From contig CAVZJB010000007.1 in NCBI GenBank assembly GCA_963775425.1, positions 128,001-192,000 of the forward strand: a DNA stretch of 64,000 nt, read 5' to 3'. The DNA is from an uncultured delta proteobacterium (GTDB lineage: Bacteria; Myxococcota; UBA727; VGSZ01). Below, piece after piece: positions 8,486-19,537 of this stretch. The position numbers and the translations under genes were made by a program. The stretch's first letter is position 1. Each line of letters starts with the position of its first letter. Below the pieces are notes generated by a model, which did no database searches, was not told the origin of the DNA, and was given only the letters and a program-made list of their open reading frames with translations.

Positions 8486-9639
8486 TCAGCGCGAGCAGTC
8501 GCAGGTGGTGCCTGCCGGACAAGCGACCCCGTTGCAGGTGCAGCTCGAGTCGATGGCGCACTCGAGCGAGCACCCCGCGCTCGTGCAGCTCATGCCGCAC
8601 GCCGATCCCCCGTGGCAGTGCATGACGGCGTCGTTGGCGTTGTGGATGTCGGGGACTTGGCAGTTGGAGCCCGTGTCGCAGTCGATGTCGACGAGCGAGA
8701 CGCCGGACGTCGTGATGGAGCAGACCGAGCCCGCCCGGCACACGAACGTGTTGAGGTTGCCGGAGCCGGTGACGGCGAAGGTGCACGCGGAGGCCTCGCA
8801 GGTCGACTCGCTCGCGTTGATGTTGCTGATGGTGACGTCACAGGTGGACGCGCCGGTGCAGGTGACGCTCGGGTCCCCATTCATGCTGAGGTCGCCGCGG
8901 CAGGTGGCGCCGTCGCACCGGAGGTCCACGGGCCCGCCCGAGCTGTTCTCCCGCACGGTGCACGCGGCGCCCCCCGTGCACGTGCTCTCGCAGGGGCTGC
9001 CGTCGACGCAGCGGGCGACGCAGGTCTCGCAGCCGGCGCCGCAGGCGACGACCTTCTCCGCGCAGCACGGCGCGCACTGGGTGGCGCAGTCGGCCGCGCA
9101 GGGAGCGCAGCCGCCCGCGACGGGGAGGCCGAGGCAGATGTGGTCCGCCTGGCAACGGTCGCCGGAGGTGCAGGTGATGTGGTCGTCGCAGGCGGCGCCG
9201 ACGGTGGCACAGGGGACGCCCTGCCGCGTGTCGCCCTCTCCTTCGCCTTCTCCTTCGCCCTCGCCCTCTCCTTCGCCCTCGCCTTCGCCCTCGCCTTCGC
9301 CCTCTCCTTCGCCCTCGCCTTCGCCTTCGCCCTCCTCGCCTTCGCCCTCTCCTTCGCCCTCGCCTTCGCCCTCTCCTTCGCCCTCTCCTTCGCCCTCGCC
9401 TTCTCCTTCGCCCTCGCCCGGCGGGCCCGCGTCGTCGGCGTCGACGCACGCGCCGTCGACGCACGTGGTCGTGCCGGGGCACGCGTCGCCCGCGGCGCAG
9501 GCGACGGCGCACAGGCCGCGCACGCAGCGGCCGTCGGCGCAGTCGCGCCCGTCGCGACAGGGGGCGAAGCCCGCACAGAAGTGACAGCTCGCGAGGAACC
9601 CCAGCGTCATCACCAGCAGCGGGCCGAGCGCGCCACGTG

Positions 9640-9643
<4 letters not shown>
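8486..9643 (-). CDS. Secreted/lipoprotein Cys-rich protein with (GE)n linker
   Basis: GTG start overlaps the kinase stop. Signal plus FLASC lipobox-like motif, N-terminal Cys domain, about 30 GE units, C-terminal CxGxxxC repeats. Confidence 0.75.
9231..9419 (-). repeat. Hexamer tandem repeat encoding (Gly-Glu)n
   Basis: Run of GGCGAG/GGCGAA/GGAGAG units on the - strand. Confidence 0.95.
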
Positions 9644-11817
<2,174 letters not shown>

Positions 11818-11913
11818 GGGACCCAGGATAGCGGGCCCGCGGCCGCGACACGATTTGCCGGCGGGAGATCGGCCGCGGTTGCCCCCACCCTCGGGTCCAC
11901 CGACAATGCCGCC

Positions 11914-12738
11914 GTGCGCGTGCCGCTCCCACACCGCGCCTCTCGCTGTCCGCTGGCGGTCGTCGTCGCCGCCGTCGGCCTCGCCGCGCTCCCCTCCCTC
12001 GCGGCCGACGAGCACCTGCGCCTGGGTGTGCTCGCGGTCGAGGGTGACGCGCTGCCCTTCGACGTGCGCGCCCGCATCGAGGACGACGCGCGCGCCCTCG
12101 ACCGCTTCGACGTGCAGGACAGCGCCGCCGTCGACCGCGTCGTCGCCGACGTGCACAAGGCGGGCGTGGTCTGCTCCGTCTCCACCGTCACCGCGTGCGT
12201 CAAGCTCGCCATCAACGCCGGCTTCGACCTCGTCATCGTCTCCTCGGTGATCCGCGGCGACGACGGGGAGGTCTTCACGCTCCGCCTCGTCGACGCGCGC
12301 TACGGGGCGAGCCACGTCGGCGGCCGGGTGGTGCAGGACGCCGCCGACGTCGACGCCGCGGTCGCGGCGCTGTTCAACCCCGCGCGGCCTGCGTCGGCCA
12401 CGCTCCCCGCGCCCGCGAAGCCGCCGGCCCCCGCGGCGCCGCCCCCGTCTGCGCCGCCGCCTGCCGCGCCCGTGCCCCGCGCCGGGCACGGGCAGGCGTT
12501 CCTGGCCGGCACGCTCGCCGGCGTCGCCGGCGTCGCCGCCCTCGGCTGCGGCGCCGCCGCGGGCGTCTACGAGGCGCAGGCCGGGGCGACGTTGGCGGCG
12601 TGGCAGGGCGGCGCGCCCGTCGACGGCGCCGAGCTCGAGGGGGTCGAGGCCGCGGAGGAGGCGTTCGGCGCGTGCGCCGTGGTCGCCGGCGCCCTGGCGG
12701 TGGCGGGCGGCGTGGCGGCCTTCGCGCTCGCGGAGTGA
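11914..12738 (+). CDS. Secreted CsgG/TolB-N-like domain protein with C-terminal hydrophobic hairpin
   Basis: Signal peptide, VVC...AC...FTLRLVDARYG motif, Pro-rich linker, two C-terminal hydrophobic helices. Divergent from the kinase. Confidence 0.6.
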   Translation: MRVPLPHRASRCPLAVVVAAVGLAALPSLAADEHLRLGVLAVEGDALPFDVRARIEDDARALDRFDVQDSAAVDRVVADVHKAGVVCSVSTVTACVKLAINAGFDLVIVSSVIRGDDGEVFTLRLVDARYGASHVGGRVVQDAADVDAAVAALFNPARPASATLPAPAKPPAPAAPPPSAPPPAAPVPRAGHGQAFLAGTLAGVAGVAALGCGAAAGVYEAQAGATLAAWQGGAPVDGAELEGVEAAEEAFGACAVVAGALAVAGGVAAFALAE

Positions 12739-12854
12739 GGGACCCCACGCCACGAAGCGTGCGGTCTCCACCAGGATCACACTTCGCACACACGGTCGGA
12801 CGCGCGATCATGACGCATCCCGCGGGCACGGCGGTTGCGCTACCGGCGGCCAAG

Positions 12855-14822
12855 ATGCCGTCATTTCACGATTTCTTCGAGGTCCTTACCACCGGCGTCG
12901 CGGTCGCCGCGATCGCCGGCTGCGTCGCCCTCCTGCGCCGCGGACGCACGCGCGACGCCGCGCTGCTGGACTCGGAGCGGCGCTTCGCACAGGTGTTCCG
13001 GGCGATGCCCGTCGGCCTGACCATCGTGCGGCGCGGCGGCGAGCGCGAGTGGCTCGAGGTGAACGACGCCTTCGCCCGGCTCCTCGGCCGCCGGCGCGCC
13101 GATCTGATTGGCATGAACACCGGCGCCATCGGCCTGATGCCCGCCGACGAGCTCGCGCAGTTGCGCGCCGAGTACGACGCCCACGGCGGACGCCTCCGCG
13201 CGCGCGGCTGCACCTTCCGGGTGCGCGGCGGTGAGGAGCGCCGGGTGCTGTTCTCGTCGGAGCCGATCGTCCTCGACGGCGAGGAGGTGCTCCTGACGAT
13301 GTCGCTCGACGTCACCGACGCGGTCGAGGCCGAGGAGCAGCGCCGCGCCAGCGACGAGCGCTTCCGCCAGATCGCCGAGGGCATCAAGGAGGTGTTCTGG
13401 CTGACGTCACCGAGCCTCGACCGCGTCTTCTACGTGAGCCCGTCGTACGAGACGGTGTGGGGCCTGTCCGCGGAGGACCTCTACGCGTCGCCGCGCTCGT
13501 GGATGGAAGCCATCCACCCCGACGACCGCGAGCGCGTGCGCACCTGCGCGCGCCCCGACGGGGTCTACGCCGCCGACTATCGCATCGTCCGCCCCGACGG
13601 CAGCGTGCGCTTCATCCACGACCGCGGCTTCCCCGTGAAGAACGAAGCCGGTGACGTCATCCGCATCGCGGGCTTCGCCGAGGATGTCACCGAGAGCCGG
13701 AAGCTCGAGGACGAGATGCGTGAAGCGCAGAAGATGGAGTGCGTCGGCCGCCTCGCCGGCGGCGTCGCGCACGACTTCAACAACCTCCTCACCGTGATCG
13801 CCTCCGCGGTGGAGGTGCTCGACGAGAGCCTGGACGACGAAGGCCGCGAGGTCCTCGACGAAGTGCGGCAGGCGGTGACGCGCGCGGGCTCGCTGACCCG
13901 CCAGCTCCTCGCGTTTTCGCGTCACCAGATCGTGGAGCCGCGGGTGCTCGACCTGAACGCGCTCGTCGCCGACACCGAGAAGCTGCTGCGCCGCTTGGTG
14001 GGCGAGGACATCGCGGTGGAGACCGACCTCAGCGAGGAGCCGTGTCACGTGTGCTTCGACGCGGGGCAGCTCGTGCAGGTGCTGATGAACCTCGCGGTCA
14101 ACGCGCGCGACGCCATGCCCGGCGGCGGCACGCTGACCTTCTCCACGCACGTGAGCGACGCAGGGCCCGTGCTCAGCGTGAAGGACACGGGCACGGGGAT
14201 GTCCGCGGAGGTCCTCTCGCGCATCTTCGAGCCGTTCTTCACCACCAAGGGCGTGGGCGAGGGCACGGGGCTCGGGCTCGCCGTCATCCGCGGCATCGTG
14301 GACCAGGCCGGCGGCTCCATCGACGTCGACACCGCCCCCGGCGCCGGCGCCACGTTCCACATCAGCTTGCCCTGCGCCGCCCGCGAGGCGCCGCGGCCCG
14401 CGCCGCGGCCGAGGCGCGCGCGGCTGTTCGAGAGCGCTCACGTCCTGGTCGTGGAGGACGACGCCTCGGTGCGCAAGCTCACCGCGCGGATCCTCAGGGA
14501 GCACGGCTTCTCGGTGGAGACCGCCGCCGACGGAGAGGAAGCGATGCGCGTGCTCGCCCTGCAACAACCCGTCGACCTCCTCGTCACCGACGTCGTCATG
14601 CCCGGGATCAACGGCCGCGAGCTCGCCGACGCCGCGCGCCGCGTCCGCGGCGGCCTCGGGGTCCTCTACGTCAGCGGCTACACCGACGACGAGGTCCTGC
14701 GCCGCGGCGTGGTGCACCACGAGGTGGACCTGTTGCAAAAGCCCTTCAGCCGGGAGGAGCTCGTGGCGCGGGTCTGCCGCGTCCTCGACGGAAAGACGGG
14801 GTTGCGCACCGCGGAGGCGTGA
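12855..14822 (+). CDS. Hybrid sensor histidine kinase (PAS-PAS-HisKA-HATPase-REC)
   Basis: AGGVAHDFNNLL H-box, NARDAM N-box, FEPFFTTKGVGEGTGLGL, C-terminal receiver (VVEDD, DVVMP, QKP). Start could instead be 12810. Confidence 0.93.
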   Translation: MPSFHDFFEVLTTGVAVAAIAGCVALLRRGRTRDAALLDSERRFAQVFRAMPVGLTIVRRGGEREWLEVNDAFARLLGRRRADLIGMNTGAIGLMPADELAQLRAEYDAHGGRLRARGCTFRVRGGEERRVLFSSEPIVLDGEEVLLTMSLDVTDAVEAEEQRRASDERFRQIAEGIKEVFWLTSPSLDRVFYVSPSYETVWGLSAEDLYASPRSWMEAIHPDDRERVRTCARPDGVYAADYRIVRPDGSVRFIHDRGFPVKNEAGDVIRIAGFAEDVTESRKLEDEMREAQKMECVGRLAGGVAHDFNNLLTVIASAVEVLDESLDDEGREVLDEVRQAVTRAGSLTRQLLAFSRHQIVEPRVLDLNALVADTEKLLRRLVGEDIAVETDLSEEPCHVCFDAGQLVQVLMNLAVNARDAMPGGGTLTFSTHVSDAGPVLSVKDTGTGMSAEVLSRIFEPFFTTKGVGEGTGLGLAVIRGIVDQAGGSIDVDTAPGAGATFHISLPCAAREAPRPAPRPRRARLFESAHVLVVEDDASVRKLTARILREHGFSVETAADGEEAMRVLALQQPVDLLVTDVVMPGINGRELADAARRVRGGLGVLYVSGYTDDEVLRRGVVHHEVDLLQKPFSREELVARVCRVLDGKTGLRTAEA

Positions 14823-14932
14823 TCTACCTCGCCCCGCAGCGGCGCCGTCCATAGACAGCCACCGGTCCGCCCCGTCGAGGTCGAGGGGGACAAGGTCCGG
14901 AGGCGACGGGGCCCGAAGAAGGAACGTAGACC

Positions 14933-15544
14933 ATGTCTCGCTACACGGGGCCCCGCCTCAAGATCATCCGCCGCCTCGGCACCCCCATCCCCGGTCTCAT
15001 GCGCACGGACCCGGACCTGCGCCGCCCGTATCCGCCCGGCCAGCACGGCCCCACCAAGCGCAAGAAGCTCAGCGACTACGCGCTCCGCCTCATGGAGAAG
15101 CAGAAGCTGCGCTTTCACTACGGGCTGTCGGAGCGCCAGCTCCGCCGCTACGTCGCCGAGGCCTTCGCCGGCAAGGGCAACTCGGGGCACATCCTGCTCC
15201 AGCTCCTCGAGCGCCGCCTCGACAACGTCGTGTTCCGCGCGGGCTTCGCGCCCACCATGGCGTCGGCGCGGCAGATGGTGCTCCACCGTCACATCACGGT
15301 GAACGGCAAGCGCGTCAACATCCCGTCGTACCAGGTGCGCCCGGGTGACAGCATCCAGCCGCACGAGAAGTCCAAGATGAAGGACAAGGTCGGCGAGGCG
15401 CAGAAGGACCCGAACAACCTGAAGGTCCCCGACTACCTCGATGCCGGCGACGGCGCGGCCAAGATGAAGATGCTGCCCGAGCGCGACGCCGTGCCGCTCG
15501 ACCTCGATCCCCAGCTCATCGTCGAGTACTACTCCGGCAAGTAG
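14933..15544 (+). CDS. rpsD: 30S ribosomal protein S4 (standalone, no Zn-ribbon cysteines)
   Basis: MSRYTGP, PPGQHG, LMEKQKLRFHYG, LERRLDNVVFRAGFA, IVEYYS. AAGGA RBS. Confidence 0.97.
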   Translation: MSRYTGPRLKIIRRLGTPIPGLMRTDPDLRRPYPPGQHGPTKRKKLSDYALRLMEKQKLRFHYGLSERQLRRYVAEAFAGKGNSGHILLQLLERRLDNVVFRAGFAPTMASARQMVLHRHITVNGKRVNIPSYQVRPGDSIQPHEKSKMKDKVGEAQKDPNNLKVPDYLDAGDGAAKMKMLPERDAVPLDLDPQLIVEYYSGK

Positions 15545-15639
15545 CCTCGCCCCCCGGGTCGCGGCAGGCCTCCGGGTGCCTGCCGGCGACGCCGGGGAAA
15601 GACGTTGACGTCGGCGCCCTCCCGTCGCAGACACGGGGC

Positions 15640-16374
15640 ATGGGCTCCGACGTCATCGCCGTCAAGATCGCGGAAGCAGGTGAGGTCCCGTCGTCGTCGC
15701 TGTGGGCGACGGTGACGCACTCGGGTCCGCTCGCCTTCGCCGTGTTGCTCCTCCTCGTCGGTTTCTCCGTCGTGTCGTGGGGCATCATCCTCGTGAAGTG
15801 GCTGGCCATCCGCCAGGCGGGCAAGTCGAGCCTCGACTTCCTCGAGCTGTTTTGGCAGAGCAAGCGCCTCGACGAGATCTTCGGCAAGGCCGAGCAGATG
15901 CCCAACGCGCCGCTCGCGCAGGTGTTCCGCGCCGGCTACCAGGAGCTCGTCAAGGTCAAGCAGCGCGAGCAGAAAGAGAAGCACGACGCGGCGGAGAAGC
16001 CGCAGATCTCCGGCGGCGTCGAGAACGTCGAGCGCGCGCTGCGCCGCGCCGCCACCGCGGAGATGACGGAGCTCGAGCGCCTCATCCCGTTCCTCGCCAC
16101 GGTGGGCTCCACGTCACCGTTCATCGGCCTGTTCGGCACCGTGGTCGGCATCATGAAGTCCTTCGCCGAGATCGGCGCCAAGGGCTCCGCCAACCTCGCC
16201 ACCGTCGCCCCCGGCATCGCCGAGGCGCTCATCGCCACCGCCGCCGGCCTGATGGCGGCCATCCCTGCGGTCATCGCGTTCAACTTCTTCGGCAGCCGCA
16301 TCAAGGTGCTCGGCGCGGAGATGGAGAACTTCTCGCACGACTTCATGAACATCGTGCGCCGCCACTTCTTCTGA
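15640..16374 (+). CDS. tolQ: TolQ/ExbB proton-channel protein
   Basis: SVVSWGII, LATVGSTSPFIGLFGTVVGIM, VAPGIAEALIATAAGL, AIPAVIAFN. Confidence 0.9.
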   Translation: MGSDVIAVKIAEAGEVPSSSLWATVTHSGPLAFAVLLLLVGFSVVSWGIILVKWLAIRQAGKSSLDFLELFWQSKRLDEIFGKAEQMPNAPLAQVFRAGYQELVKVKQREQKEKHDAAEKPQISGGVENVERALRRAATAEMTELERLIPFLATVGSTSPFIGLFGTVVGIMKSFAEIGAKGSANLATVAPGIAEALIATAAGLMAAIPAVIAFNFFGSRIKVLGAEMENFSHDFMNIVRRHFF

Positions 16375-16417
16375 TCAAGCGACCGGACGGAGCGGCCGCG
16401 CTGAGTCGAGGCGTACG

Positions 16418-17101
16418 TCAGCGATCGGGCGCGTCTTCGAGGGCGGTCTTGGCGGCGCCGCCGGCGACGATGCCGGCGACCGCCTCGCCGAGGAGGAGCC
16501 CCGCCGTGACGCCGGGCGCCACCACCGCGGTGACGACGAGCGCGGTGAACGTCGCGAGCCCCCAGGAGCGCTCGTCGCGGGCGAAGCGCACGAGGCGGTT
16601 CGAGAGGCCGCTGGCGAGCCGCTCCAGCGCGGCGCGCGCCTCCGCGGCCTTCCGCGACGACGACGGTCGCGACGAGGGGGCCCGCCCGTCGGCCGGCACC
16701 TCCCTGGCCGCCACCCAGACGGCGATGCGCGCCCGCAGCCCGGGGTGCTCCGAGGTCACCGCGCGATAGGTCTGGTCGTCGATGAGCCCACCCTCGAACG
16801 CGAGCCGGGCGTCCTCGATGCGGCGCGCGAGGCTGGTCTCGACCGCGACGGCGGCGGCGAGCTCCTTCACCGCGCGCTTGGCGTCGCGCGCCTCGCCCCA
16901 CGACAGCCCGCCCGTCGCAATCTCGTCTTGCGCGCGCCGGATGATCTTTCGCGCTACGCGCCGCTCGTCCGCCGTGATGGTGCCGGAGCCGAAGATGCGC
17001 CGGAGCTGCTTTGCGCTCACGAGCTGCTTGTCGACGAGCGCGGCGCCCGCCTTCTCCAGATTCACGCGCGCCGTCGACGGCGGCACAGCGCCGATCTTCA
17101 C
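16418..17101 (-). CDS. Hypothetical helical protein with C-terminal hydrophobic hairpin
   Basis: Coding-like codon bias. GTGA coupling with the upstream ORF. C-terminal WGLATFTALVVTAVVAPGVTAGLLLG. Confidence 0.6.
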   Translation of the reverse strand: MKIGAVPPSTARVNLEKAGAALVDKQLVSAKQLRRIFGSGTITADERRVARKIIRRAQDEIATGGLSWGEARDAKRAVKELAAAVAVETSLARRIEDARLAFEGGLIDDQTYRAVTSEHPGLRARIAVWVAAREVPADGRAPSSRPSSSRKAAEARAALERLASGLSNRLVRFARDERSWGLATFTALVVTAVVAPGVTAGLLLGEAVAGIVAGGAAKTALEDAPDR

Positions 17102-17535
17102 GAGCCGCTCTTCTTCCTGGAATCGATCGCGGTCTGAAGGGGCGAGGCCGCGCCCGGCGCCGGCCCACCCGCGCCCACCGGTGTCATCGACGACACCTCG
17201 CCGATGAGCGCCCGGGCGCGCGCGCGTCCCTCTTCGCCCTTGCCGTGCCCGAGCACGATCTCGGCGCGCTCGAAATCACCGAGCGCGATTGCGGCGAGCG
17301 CGCTCAACTGCATGATGGCATCGTCGAATTCGTCGCGGGCTTCGCCGGCGGCGCGCACGGCGAGCCCCACGAGCTCCTCGGCGAGGCGCTCCGCGCGCCC
17401 GCCCACGGCGGCGCGGGCGATGGCGGCGGCGTGCTCCCGAAGCGGGCCGTCGTCGATGCGCACGGCGCCGTCTCGATGCTCGATGCTCGCGGCGACGGCG
17501 CGAACCAGCTCGTCCATGGTTTCGTCAGCGTCCAT
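17098..17535 (-). CDS. Hypothetical acidic helical protein
   Basis: Coding-like codon bias. CATGCT 8 nt upstream of the ATG. Coupled to 16418..17101. Confidence 0.6.
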   Translation of the reverse strand: MDADETMDELVRAVAASIEHRDGAVRIDDGPLREHAAAIARAAVGGRAERLAEELVGLAVRAAGEARDEFDDAIMQLSALAAIALGDFERAEIVLGHGKGEEGRARARALIGEVSSMTPVGAGGPAPGAASPLQTAIDSRKKSGS

Positions 17536-17571
17536 GCACCTCGAGCATGGCACATGCGCTAACTTTCGCGC

Positions 17572-18915
17572 ATGTCCCACGACACGTTCGCGCTGCACAC
17601 CGACCTGTACCAACTCACCATGCTGGCCTCGTACTTTCACCAGGGGCGGCATCAGGAGCCCGCGGTGTGCGAGATGTTCGTTCGCCGCCTCCCGAAGAAC
17701 CGCCGCTTCCTCGTGGCCGCGGGCCTCGAAAAGGCCTTGCATTACCTCGAGGGGCTGCGCTTCACGGACGCGCAGATCGAGCGGCTGAAGGACGTCGCCG
17801 GCTTTCGCAAAGCGATGACGCAGTCGTTCGTCGAGTACCTGCGCAGCTTCCGCTTCACCGGCGACGTCGACGCCATGCCCGAGGGCACGGTGGCCTTCGA
17901 GAACGAGCCGCTGCTGCGCGTGCATGCCCCGCTCGGCGAGGCCCAGCTCGTCGAGACGTTCCTCCTGTCGGCCATCAATCACCAGACGATGATCGCGTCC
18001 AAGGCCGCGCGCGTGGTGCTCTCGCTGAAGGGCCGCACGGCGCTCGAGTTCGGCACGCGGCGCACGCACCCCGAGGCCGCCGTCGACGTCGCCCGCGCCA
18101 CATACATCGCCGGCTTCGACGCCAGCAGCAACGTCGAGGCGTTCGACGCGTTCGGCGTGCCCGCGCGCGGCACCATGGCGCACATGTACATCATGGGGTC
18201 GTCGTCGGAGCGCGACGCGTTCGCGCGCTACGCCCAACTGTTCGAGCGCTCGACGTACCTCGTGGACACCTACGACACGCTCGAGGGCGTGAAGAACGCG
18301 CTCGACGTCGTCGGCGAAGGCGTCGCCGCCGTTCGCCTCGACTCCGGCGACCTGGCCAAGCTCTCACGGGAGGTGCGGGCGCTGCTCAAGGCGCGCGGGC
18401 GGGAGGACGTGAAGATCGTGCTGTCCAGCGACCTCGACGAGTACGCCATCACCCGCCTCCTGGGCGACGGCGACTTCGACGTCGCCGGCGTCGGCACGCG
18501 CGTGGCCACGAGCGACGACGCCCCCTACCTCGGCGGTGTGTACAAGCTCGTGATGATCGGAGACCGCCCGGTGGCCAAGTTCTCCGAGAGCAAGGTGACC
18601 TACCCCGGCGCGCATCAGGTCTACCGCGCCGAGAAGGACGGCCGCTTCAGCGGCGACTCCGTCGGCCTGTTGAAGGAACCGTCGTTCGCGTTCGTGAGCA
18701 CCGAGCCGCTGCTCGTGCCGGCGATGCGCGCCGGCGAGGTCTGCCACGCCGAGGACATCCACAAGATGCGCGCGCGCTGCCGCGAGCACATCGCGAAGCT
18801 CCCCGACGAGCTGAAGGCCGTCGAGCGCACCGAGCGCCACGAGAGCCTGTATCCGGTGCGGCCGTCGGAGCAGCTCATGAAGCTCCTCGACGACGTCAAG
18901 CGCACGGAACACTGA
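17572..18915 (+). CDS. pncB: Nicotinate phosphoribosyltransferase
   Basis: ALHTDLYQLTM, EFGTRRTH, GTMAH, LVDTYD, VRLDSGDL, GGVYKLV. Confidence 0.96.
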   Translation: MSHDTFALHTDLYQLTMLASYFHQGRHQEPAVCEMFVRRLPKNRRFLVAAGLEKALHYLEGLRFTDAQIERLKDVAGFRKAMTQSFVEYLRSFRFTGDVDAMPEGTVAFENEPLLRVHAPLGEAQLVETFLLSAINHQTMIASKAARVVLSLKGRTALEFGTRRTHPEAAVDVARATYIAGFDASSNVEAFDAFGVPARGTMAHMYIMGSSSERDAFARYAQLFERSTYLVDTYDTLEGVKNALDVVGEGVAAVRLDSGDLAKLSREVRALLKARGREDVKIVLSSDLDEYAITRLLGDGDFDVAGVGTRVATSDDAPYLGGVYKLVMIGDRPVAKFSESKVTYPGAHQVYRAEKDGRFSGDSVGLLKEPSFAFVSTEPLLVPAMRAGEVCHAEDIHKMRARCREHIAKLPDELKAVERTERHESLYPVRPSEQLMKLLDDVKRTEH

Positions 18916-18998
18916 AAGGCTGACGAAAAACAGGGCTCGTAGCAGCACTCGGCGAAGCCGCCCACAAGGTGGCTCGCGTCGGCGCGCAAGAACCGCTG

Positions 18999-19256
18999 CA
19001 GGTTGTGAGGAAACGGCGGGTCCGAGCGGTGTTGTGATCCCGCTATCAGCGCACGTGGCGGGTTCGTGCGGGTCGTGTGCGCGCGGACTTCAGGCGGTGA
19101 GCTTCGCGAGGTTCTGCAGCAGGTTGAAGGCCACGGCTGCCATCAGGGCGACCGAGCCGGGTGCTCGGGGCCGATGAGGTCGTCCACGGCCTGGGTCTTC
19201 AGCTCAACCTGTCGCCGTTCAGGTTCCTGGATTCGCACGCGGCGCTTGAGCTTCAC
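18999..19256 (-). mobile_element. Internally deleted IS1182-like transposase relic
   Basis: On - strand: VKLKRRVRIQEPERRQVELKTQAVDDLIGPEHPAR (N-terminal motif, 19256-19152) joined out of frame to VALMAAVAFNLLQNLAKLTA-stop (C-terminal motif). TIR-like TTCCTCACAACCTG at 19012-18999. Lower GC than the flanks. Confidence 0.65.
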
Positions 19257-19363
19257 CGTGCAAGGTGGATCAGCTCGAGCCGCACTTTTGGCGCGCAAAT
19301 CTCGGTGAGTTGCGAGTGCTTGGGCGCTCGGAATCAGCGAAGGCTAGACAACGTCGCCACCGC

Positions 19364-19452
19364 CGGAGCGGAAAGGAGCGGAGAGCTCGGCGCCCCGGCG
19401 CTCAACTCGGCGCGCGTCTTCGTCGCCGAGCGCGGAGCTCCTTTCCGCTCCG
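19364..19452. repeat. Long inverted repeat / stem-loop
   Basis: CGGAGCGGAAAGGAGC (19364-19379) perfectly complements GCTCCTTTCCGCTCCG (19437-19452), with an inner GCTCGGCG/CGCCGAGC pair. Confidence 0.85.
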
Positions 19453-19462
19453 CCGTGTGGCC

Positions 19463-19537
19463 GTAGCACCGTCCCCTTCCGGGTGGCTCGGAGCACGCAC
19501 GTGCCCTTTCCGACGCGGGGGACAAGCCGCGCCCTAC
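19463..19537. repeat. Degenerate GTAG-type REP pair
   Basis: Right arm TCCGACGCGGGGGACAAGCCGCGCCCTAC is nearly identical to 62032-62061. Its CTAC overlaps the dcp stop codon. Confidence 0.7.

Noticed and set aside
9231-9419. (SP)n, AKAKERA or poly-Arg ORFs over the hexamer repeats (also at 26135 and 63450)
   Set aside because: These are alternative-frame or antisense readings of the (GE)n tract. Only the GE frame has a signal peptide and coherent flanking domains.
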